NCBI RefSeq assembly: GCF_009914755.1
Contig: NC_060940.1
From: the human T2T-CHM13v2.0 reference genome, Homo sapiens
DNA: 64,000 bases
Reading direction: 5' to 3' (one strand)
Shown: one piece after another, positions 53,726 through 64,000 of the stretch
How the letters are laid out: every line of letters starts with the position of its first letter
Position numbering within the stretch: the stretch's first letter is position 1
Notes under the pieces: generated by a model
Databases searched by the model: none
The model's input: only the letters and a program-made list of their open reading frames with translations
What the model was told of the DNA's origin: nothing
Translations under genes and position numbers: made by a program

Positions 53726-55460
53726 CTACCACTCTCAGAAATACATCCACTTTCTCGAATGACTAACTAGGCCCTCTTGACCCATCCCCTGACTGCCTTT
53801 CCTCCTTCCAAATCGCCTTCTAGGCACACTGGACTCCTTCCTGCTCCATACACACACCAAGCTCTTTCTTCCCACCTCAGAGGCTTCACATATGCTGTTC
53901 CCTTTGTGTGAAATGCCTTTCCCTAAAAACCCTTCCCATGGTTAGTTCCTCCTCATCATTCAGGCCTCAGGTCCTGTCTCCCTCTTTGCTAACTACCCCA
54001 GCAGCATGTTACCCAGGAAACCCCTGTGCTTGGCCCACCACCGTTCAGACTAGAATGTTCTAAAAGGCCAACAGCTTCGCTTTAGAGATTGAAAGAATCA
54101 GCATGCAGCTCTGCCGAGGCAGAACACATCCTGATCTTGGGCAGAGAGGAGTTTAAACTCTGCCTGTTGGTAGGTTATTCACTCTCCCAAGCTTCGCTTT
54201 TTCTCATCTGTTAAATGTGGATAAATAACATTCACCTTAAAGTGTGGCCATGAAAAAGAAAATGAGATTGCACACAGGTAAGCCATGTGGAATCACTGGA
54301 CATGGTAAAGTTTCAATATATATTGGTTAAAAGGGAGAGGAATTTTTTTTTTTTTTTTTTTTTTACCCCAAGTGCAATGCCAGTTTCAGGCTATAATTTC
54401 CTTGTTACTAGAGATTCTGGTTTGGCCTCTGGGTTCCAGATGGTTTTTTGTTTAATTTGAGATCAGTAATCTCTGCCAGCCCAGGTCACAGAATTAGTAG
54501 CACACTATTCCTTGAGCAGAGGGTGAGGATGGGGGAACTTGCTCAGAGCAAACAAGCTTAAGAGCTGTAGGAACAAACATGTAACAGAGAAGAAAGATTT
54601 TTTAAATAATAGATGTTAAAAAATGAATCCAAACAAGAGAAATATACCCACTGAATAGGGATAAATGTAATGTCTACCCTGGACTGTGATATATGTCTGC
54701 TCAGAGACCAGCTCGACAAAAGGCCAAATTTTCTTAAAAGCATGTTAAAATATTAATAGATATCTGAAACAGTTTTCTTGCAACTGCTGCCAGTCTTCAG
54801 AAAGATTACATCAGACTGGAAAAACCTAGGAGAGACGCTGTAATGTCTTAGCCGTGGTGACCTACTGGGGCATCTTATAACCCACTTCAACGAGGCAGGC
54901 TGCGGTCTGGCGGGTGAGCCCCCAGCAGGCTCCATCCGTGTGAATCACAGTTATTGAGAAATTTCATGTTTGACCTCAGGAGCTGTGATTCACTCTCTCC
55001 AGCAGGTTCTGTGATACTTTACATGGCCTACAAAAGCCTGTCTGGTTCAGCTCCAACCTCCCCCACTGGCTTCTCCCACCTGGCACCCTCTCAGCTCCAG
55101 ACCCACTGATTTTCCTTTCAGACACTCATACTCACCTATTTCTCACCCACTGCAGGACCTTCAGCCTGCACTTGCCTCTTTCTAGAACATTCTTTCCTCC
55201 CCTCTTAATGCCCTTTGTTATCTCCTACTCATCAAGATCTCTGCTAGAGAGTCCTTCTCTCTACAGCATCTCCAGGCATTTCCTGTAAAATATATGCGGG
55301 ACCATGGTTGCCTCACCTTTGCTATTTTCATGTTAGCTGTTTTGAAAGAATAGGAGTGGTTATAGGATATCTCTAGCCCTTCTTATAAACTCTGTAAGGG
55401 GAGGGTTTACATCTCTTTTCCCTCATCCTTGCCTTAATAGCACCTAGTAGCATAGGGAAC

Positions 55461-56184
<724 letters not shown>

Positions 56185-57733
56185 GGAATCAATAAATAAC
56201 TGAATAAATTAGTAAGTCCAAGAAAATTGTCCAACACAGCAAGAGAATTAGGTTAATTCTCATGATCCTGAGAGTTGGGGTGATTTATTTTATTAACCTC
56301 ATTGGTTTGGCCCAACAATCAAATCCCCAGTCTCCTCCTCTGCCTTGTCAGTGAAAACACATCAAACAAGTAAAAAAATACAACATGTAGAAGGTACCCT
56401 GGGGTCTTTGACCCAAAGGCAATCCCGGTTGGTGCTTACTTAACTTGTGCCCCTATTTGTTTCTTTGGGAATTCTTTTTCCATCAATTATTATCATATCT
56501 TTCCTGCATAACCAGTTGGAATTAATGGTGCCATTTTCCTCTCCGTTGCCTGAGCTCAGAATCTCAGTGTTGTTCTTGGCTGTTCTGTCTTATCTTACCT
56601 TCTGCATCCAACTGGTCAATGAGCTCTGTAGAATTTTCCTCCCAACCTCTCTGCTATTTGCTTTCTCTTCTCCAAGCTTCATCTCTGCTTTTGTTCCCTC
56701 CCCTACATTTCTCTCCTGAATTGCGGCAATTGCTGCTACAGCCTCATTTCTTCATCTTACTTACTTCTTGCAAGAACCCCTTTTTTGTATCCTTTTCCAG
56801 TGACACCTGGTAATATTTCCAAGTTACAAAGCATCCATTCAGCAAGGATTTATTGATGATGCTATTATAGGACTGCCACAATGAAGGCACTGGGGCTAGA
56901 AGGCTGCCTGTGGTCTCCCAGGGGAGACAGGTGCGTAATCAAGGACAGAATTCTAGGGGAAACAGAGTGACGGCTCTCATAGAGAAATGAGCAAGCTGAG
57001 TGACATGGGAAATTGGAAGAGGTAATTTATTTTCTCTCTTTCTTCATCTTTTCTTTCCTCTCTGACTTTGTGTTTTATAGTATCTCATTAATTCAGAAAA
57101 CACAGTCCGTAACAGACCAGATAGACAAGATATGTTAGACAGTCAGGGTGGGGTATGAAAATGAACTTGATATAGGATCACGCTCTAAAGGGCTGAGTTA
57201 GTTTTCATGTGTGCATATGTGTTGTATACATAAGCTCAACTATGTCCACACTTGTGAATAGAGTGTTAGTTCCTCTATGGCCAGGATTATCTTCTTACTC
57301 TCAGTTTATAACATGGGGCTGAGATGGAGTAAGTTCTTGGTGATCATTTGTAGAATGGATGGAGGAATGAATGAATAAATAAATGACTACACAAGGTAAA
57401 GGAATCATGGATCCAGTGTAAAAAGTGGATGGCTATTTTCAGAAGAAGCAATCTCTTTCAGCAAGGGAGGTTTGATGCCTCAAGTTGAATAGAACATTTC
57501 CTGTGATTCACAGGGAAGGATCTTTAGAGTTCTGCCTACATAAAAGGGTTCAAGGCATTGATTCTGTCCAGCAAATAAGAGAGAATCCCTCCTCTCCTCC
57601 TAAAGTTCCACATTGTTGTTCTTCATCATGCACATCTCAGATGCCCAGATAGTTCACACACAGACCTCACTTCCCATAAGAGAGAGCAACTGATTTCACA
57701 CTGACTTGTTCTTGATGTTCTTTCCCACAGGGC

Positions 57734-57894
57734 ATGGTGGTGATGAAGATGATGAAGATAATGATGGTGATGATGATGATGATATATTAATGATGATGGT
57801 AATGATGAAGATGATGATGACTGTGACAATGATGATGAAGATGATGATGATATATTAATGATGATGGTAATGATGATGATGAAGGTGATGATGA
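57734..57894. repeat. (GAT)n-rich repeat with an internal 68-bp-period duplication
   Basis: gatatattaatgatgatggtaatgatga recurs at 57781 and 57849. Confidence 0.9.
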
Positions 57895-58735
57895 CAGCTG
57901 GTATTTAATGCACATCCCAGGCACTTCCCTGGGCATTTGACTCTGACAACCAAGTCAAAAAGGAATTATTAACATCACATCACAAATGGGGTCACAGACT
58001 TAAAAAAAAATCTGCTGTAGTTTACACCCAATGAAATAATCACCCTTTTCTCTGTCCTGCTGCATTTTGGCAAATCCCAGTTCACTCCCTTGTGGTTCCC
58101 AGCCTCTGAACCTGGGAAGCATACCATCATGGTGGAGAACAAAGGACTTCATAAGCTATTACATAAACATGGATAGAATCAGAACATATCAAACACTGCA
58201 CTGGAGATCTGGGTGAGGAGAAATGCGGGTTAACAATGAATCCTTCACAATGGAAAACAAATCAACCTTAGAGTTCATTTTATGTATCTTGAGAAACTCA
58301 TCGGCAGACTTTTTTCAAAACATTGACATTGCCTGGGAGAACAGTGAAGCAACAATTATTCTAAGTATTGTTGGAGAGAAAAAAAAAAGAGCAAAAAAAA
58401 ATCACCAGAAAAAGGTAAATGTTACTTCTTCGTATGTATTAAGATTCTAATTTTAGTTTGATTAGTTTAGTTGGTTTTATTTTTCCTGTTTACTTGTTTT
58501 ATTTAATTTTATTCTAAGTTTTCTTAATATTGTTACACAAAAATAGGTTGCATCTATCTTAATCTGAATTTCTTGAAACTTCTTTGCTTTTCTTCAATCT
58601 TCTCTGCTTTTGCCTTTAATAAATGGAGTTTCATTATTTTAAAATTTTATGTATTTTTTCATTGCAAAAGTTATTACACTATGACCCAGGGATTCCACCC
58701 CTAGATATAAGCCCCCATAGAAACACTCACATGTT

Positions 58736-60428
58736 TTTTGTTTTGTTTTGTTTTGCTTTGTTTAGTTGAGAATACATTATTTTATTTTATTTTTTTTCTT
58801 TTTTTAAATTATACTTTAAGTTTTAGTGTACATGTGCACGACGTGCAGGTTTGTTACATATGTATACATGTGCCATGTTGGTTTGCTGCACCCATTAACT
58901 CGTCATTTAGCATTAGGTATATCTCCTAATGCTATCCCTCTCTCCTCCCCCCACCCTACAACAGGCCCTGGTGTGTGATGTTCCCCTTCCTGTGTCCATG
59001 TGTTATTGTTCAATTCCCACCTATGAGTGAGAACACGTGGTGTTTGTTTTTTGTCCTTGTGACAGTTTGCCGAGAATGATGGTTTCCAGCTTCATCCATG
59101 TTCCTACAAAGGACATGAACTCATCATTTTTTATGGCTGCATAGTATTCCATGGTGTATATATGCCACATTTTCTTAATCCAGTCTATCATTGTTGGACA
59201 TTTGGGTTGGTTCCAAGTCTTTGCTGTTGTGAATAGTGCCACAATAAACATACGTGTGCATGTGTCTTTATAGCAGCATGTTTTATAATCCTTTGGGTAT
59301 ATACCCAGTAATGGGATGGCTGGGTCAAATGGTATTTCTAGTTCTAGATCCCTGAGGAATCGCCACACTGACTTCCACAATGGTTGAACTAGTTTACAGT
59401 CCCACCAACGGTGTAAAAGTGTTCCTATTTCTCCACATCCTCTCCAGCACCTGTTGTTTCCTGACTTTTTAATGATCCCCATTCTAACTGGTGTGAGATG
59501 GTATCTCATTGTGGTTTTGATTTGCGTTTCTCTGATGGCCAGTGATGATGATCAGCATTTTTTCATGTGTCTTTTGGCTGCATAAATGTCTTCTTTTGAG
59601 AAGTGTCTGTTCATATCCTTCGCCCACTTGTTGATGGGGTTGTTTGTTTTTTCCTCGTAAATTTGTTTGAGTTCATTGTAGATTCTGGATATTAGCCCTT
59701 TGTCAGATGAGTAGATTGCAAAAATTTTCTCCCATTCTGTAGGTTGCCTGTTCACTCTGATGGTAGTTTCTTTTGCTGTGCAGGAGCTCTTTCGTTTAAT
59801 TAGATCCCATTTGTCAATTTTGGCTTTTGTTGCCGTTGCTTTTGGTGTTTTAGACATGAAGTCCTTGCCCATGCCTATGTCCTGAATGGTATTGCCTAGG
59901 TTTTCTTCTAGCGTTTTTATGGTTTTAGGTCTAACATGTAAGTCTTTAATCCATCTTGAATTAATTTTTGTATAAGTTGTAAGGAAGAGGTCGAGTTTCA
60001 GCTTTCTACATATGGCTAGCCAGTTTTCCCAGCACCATTTATTAAATAGGGAATCCTTTCCCCATTTCTTGTTTTTGTCAGGTTTGTCAAAGATCAGATA
60101 GTGGTAGATATGCAGCATTATTTCTGAGGGCTCTGTTCTGTTCCATTGGTCTATATCTCTGTTTTGGTACCAGTACCATGCTGTTTTGGTTACTGTAAAC
60201 TTGCAGTATAGTTTGAAGTCAGGTAGCATGATGCCTCCAGCTTTGTTCTTTTGGCTTAGGATTGACTTGGTGATGAGGGCTCTTTTTTGGTTCCTTATGA
60301 ACTTTAAAGTAGGTTTTCCCAATTCTGTGGAGAAAGTCATGGGTAGCTTGATGGGGATGGCACTGAATCTATAAATTACCTTGGGAAGTATGGCCATTTT
60401 CACAATATTGATTCTTCCTACCCATGAG
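58736..60428 (-). mobile_element. L1PA (PA4/5-like), about 1.7 kb, 5'-truncated
   Basis: L1 3' UTR and ORF2 C-terminal peptides ([12 protein letters not shown]...; [10 protein letters not shown]...); 12-bp TSD cactcacatgtt at 58724-58735 and 60429-60440. Confidence 0.97.
59021..60403 (-). pseudogene. Disrupted L1 ORF2p C-terminal remnant in two frames, lacking EN and RT domains
   Basis: ORFs 59552-60403 and 59021-59509 translate to recognisable ORF2p segments ([34 protein letters not shown]), with a frame break near 59550. Confidence 0.9.
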
Positions 60429-61768
60429 CACTCACATGTTAATCTAAAGCCATGTACAAGAACATTTGCAGCAGTACGGCAACTGAAACAGCCCCCAAAT
60501 GGAAAAGTCCATCAAGCGTACAATGCTATAATCACAAAATGGAATACTATACAGCAATGCCAGTGGACTTACTATGCAACAGCATAGATGAAGTTCAAAA
60601 GCAAAATATTAAGAGAAAAAAGGAAGCCCATAGAAAAAAGTCATTCATTTTTTATTCTATTATTATAAAAATTAAAACCAAGCTTGGCGAAACAAAGCTG
60701 TTCTGTTTCTTGATCTGAGGCATGTAAGGTGTATTCACACTACTAAAATTTATCAAATTGTTACTGTATGACTTGAGCATTTTTCTGTATGTTATATGTT
60801 ACACTGAAATAACAATTTTAATGAAAAATAATCACACATTATTCAAAATAGAGATAATGCTGAGTAGAATGAGGGAATAAATGTTTACCCATAATCTGAC
60901 CATTTAGAGATGACCATTATAAACATGTATTTATATCTTCCAAGTATTTTTATGTTTTTGAAATGTATCTATCTTGTAATCCTATTATTTCAGTTCCTGC
61001 ATAATAGTAAATCAAGTGGGTATATGCTAATAATTTATCTCTTTTCTTCTTGTTGGGCATTTAGATTACTGTTATTGGCATTTTAAATAATGACAAAATG
61101 AACAGCTTTTTCTTACAAGAAATTTCCTGAATTAACATGATTTCTTCAGCTTAAAGTCTCAGAAATTAAGTTACTGGGCCAACTGGTATACATTTTTAGG
61201 TGGCATTTATAAACATCAATACCTATTTTAATTTGGATTAGAGTAAAATTAAAGTGGGACCTTCTCTCAGGACCATTATTCTGATTTTGTGCCATCGAAT
61301 AAACTTTTCTCTTTGCCAGGAGGCATCAGCTTTTTAAAGATCAAGAGTCAGCTTGTGACAAAGCTTAATTATTGGCAATAATTTTAAGATAATTTGGGTA
61401 AGATCTCTGAATCACAAATCCTGGCACAAGAATGTTCTCTTACTTGGTAAAGAGAAACAGCTCTCATCTTGCCTGTCAACCCTAATAGATTGGTTGTGTC
61501 TACCTAGAGAACTGTGTTGAAAAGAACTCTGAGTGTCGTGATCTGTTAGTAATGCCTGCCATGATGCTGAAATGGGAGCACTGGCATGTTGCCTTGGGTG
61601 TGTCAGCCCTCTCCCAGAGTATGACAGTCTACTTTGCAGTTGAGTTTTGTTGTTGCATGTATGCATGAGTTGCCAATGTGGAACTATCTTATAAAAGTAT
61701 TTCTAAGATCTGGGCAGGGTCAGAGGACGTAGGAGCAGAAGTAGTACGGCTCTTGATCTGGTGGAAGT

Positions 61769-61769
<1 letters not shown>

Positions 61770-61799
<30 letters not shown>
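61770..61799. repeat. (CA)n microsatellite
   Basis: Seen directly. Confidence 0.95.
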
Positions 61800-61800
<1 letters not shown>

Positions 61801-64000
61801 CTAGCGGGAATTATTTTAAATATAAGCAGACTAGCTCAAGTCAGGTAATTCTATATGAAACTGTGTTACATTTGCTCTGGCTTTAGTTAAACTTTATCAA
61901 GAGTGGTCAAGAGTGGTCACTTTGAATAAGTGAAACTAAGTCATTCCAGGGGCTGAGTCTTGATCTTTCTGCTCCACTTTTTGAGGAGAGGGAGGGTGAT
62001 GCAAGGAAGGGCAGCCTTGTTGGGTTTCAGTGTGTATGACGGACACAGCTATAGCTCAAGGCCAGCTGCTCCAAGCGGTAAAGCTCTGTGCTTGAGGAGG
62101 CTTTTGTCCTATCAGCTAGAGGGTGCCTCACTGAGGACTCAGTGAATGAGAAGAAGCAAGCTTGTTTGAGCTCAGAGACTCCCCTCAGACACAGTTTCAG
62201 TCCATAATGGAGCAGTTCACAAAATCCCCCAGAATGTGGGGAAAGTCAAAAGAAAAATAAGACACAGTTCTGCTTCAAGGTCCAGGTAACACGCACACTC
62301 CCTTCTCAGGCAAACAACAGGTTTGGCATGGAACCCCTCAGTGTGCACAGTACTGCCTAAACATACAACTCTTTGGACCAACTAGACACTTTATTTTCTC
62401 ACTATTTAATCATGGCTGCCATATTTCAAAAATCCCAGTTTCCTATTGGCTAAATGCAATTTGGGTTTTTCCAGCAGACCTTCACTTGAGATTCTAAGTG
62501 ATGTATATTCATTAGAATAGCTGCTTATTGACTGTGAATCCTCAGTTTCTTCATGTATAAGACAAAATAATACCACCTACCTCAAGGGCAGTTGTGAATA
62601 TTTAGGGGTATGATGACTATAACAGTAATAATTAACAATAGTAGTAGCATGTGCTGAATGCTTCTTAGGTCCACGAATCATGCTAACCATTAGCTTATTC
62701 AATTTTTCCAATACAGTGTGAGAGAGGTATTATTATCTTTATTTTACAGAGGAAAAGTGAAAACTCAGAAGGATTAAGTAATTTTCCCACAGCTACCTGC
62801 CTGGTTAGACTATATCTTGTCTTTGCATTAACTGCTATGATATATTCTTTCCATTATCATGGTTTGTGATGCATGGATCTTTAGTAGTGTGCCTGGAACT
62901 GAATAAATACTCAATAAACCCTCTCTGACGATGATCAGTAGTACCACTGCTACAGAATTTGCTCTTCATGGCATTAGCTCTGTTATACAGATGGGAAGAC
63001 TGAGGCCATAGAGCTAGTATAATAAATGGCAGAACACATCAATTCCAGTCCAAAGCCACACACCCACCGGCCATTGACCCTACAGCTGTGGTATTACTCT
63101 GAATCTTTCATTGTCTGTGGGGTGACCTCTTTGGGGGCACATTGGAAGTTGTCTGCCAAATCTGGGATGGCCAGGGGTAGCCTTCAGACTGGCAATTATT
63201 TCAGTAGGAATGTGATAGGAAGTATCTGGGAATGAAGTCTCTCCCCTAAGACCTCCCATACCTGGGATTAGAGCTGCATCCTGGCAGTCCTTTGCCCTGA
63301 AGGGCAGGCTGGCAGGGCCACCTCTGCTCTGGCCTCCCTGAACAGAATGAAGGGCACATGTGCACGCTAACCTTTGCATTCATCAGCCAGCAGCTGCAGC
63401 TAGAGATCAATGATAAGTAGAAATTGTGTACGTTCAACAGCATGTGCCTGCTTTCCCTACAAATCATGTGACTTCCTATTAACAGTATCTCTCTTCTTAC
63501 CAAACCGATATTTCCTGTAAAGGGTTTAGACTAATTGTGGTTTTAACAAGGGTCACATTATGCATTTCTGTGAGAGTAAACAACCATAGGTCAGAGAGTC
63601 AGACGGTCAGTCTGGAAAACAGATCCATACTCTGAATCTTTAAGGCTGATACGAAGCCCAGATAAGTGTGTTTGTGATGTGGAAGTTACCCTGGGAAAAC
63701 AGAAGGAAGAAAAAACGAACTCTAGAGAGAAGCGACTGCTTGGCTAATGACGGTGCCTAAAAGAAAGAGCGCTGTGGTTCTCTTTGGTGTTTATTTGGGG
63801 AAAGCAACCTATGAAGATTAGAGCCCTAGATTCTGATAGATGATGCTCCCCCCATTCCTGGCCCTGGGAGAGTCGGGCAGGTTTTTAATGGCTGTCACTC
63901 TGTCTGGGGGCCCATGTTCCACTTTGGTAGCTACAGTGTGAATCACGTGGTTGCTAACGGCAGTCTTCTCTTGGAGAGATTCCTTCTCGGTTACACTATT

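Larger units (their letters stand above)
58680..60830 (+). mobile_element. Old L1M fragment split by the younger L1PA
   Basis: tatgacccagggattccacccctagatata...agaaacactcacatgtt resumes after the L1PA as ...atgtacaagaacatttgcagcag...aatggaatactatacagcaatg. Confidence 0.6.

Noticed and set aside
57700-57735. Strong plus-strand acceptor (ctgac...gttctttcccacag|G)
   Set aside because: Leads straight into a (GAT)n repeat with no good donor; isolated acceptor motifs are common
59021-60403. Longest ORFs (283 aa and 162 aa) as a functional gene
   Set aside because: They are frameshifted C-terminal pieces of L1 ORF2p in a 5'-truncated element with no promoter, EN or RT

Overview
Primate (human-like) non-coding genomic DNA, most consistent with a large intron or intergenic region. 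No intact protein-coding gene, RNA gene or CRISPR array can be supported, and I could not recognise a host gene. The window is dominated by interspersed repeats: 12 Alu insertions, two 5'-truncated L1PA copies, old L1M/L2/MIR fragments, MaLR/ERV LTRs (MLT1, MST) and DNA-transposon MITEs (MER3, MER8, MER20, MER47A, MER53, MER58A, MER63, MER91). It also has micro- and minisatellites. The longer ORFs I could trace derive from Alu, L1, L2, LTR or simple repeats, and none of the others resembles a protein I recognise. The signals worth follow-up are: (1) two candidate minus-strand first exons, each with an ATG-initiated frame running into a GT donor (22.2-22.35 kb, and a CpG-rich TATA-containing region at 29.5-30.1 kb); (2) three ancient short local duplications (65-120 bp, about 86-91% identical, 0.9-2.3 kb apart), two of which clearly interrupt older transposons like templated repair insertions; (3) an L2-derived 31-bp-stem hairpin; (4) a 61-bp minisatellite with alternating higher-order structure; (5) a strong CTCF motif inside a CpG-rich old L1; (6) a likely L1 3' transduction; (7) a trimeric Alu. 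I see no evidence for a wholly new biological system. Repeat family names are from recalled consensus sequences, not a database search, and boundaries of old repeats are approximate.
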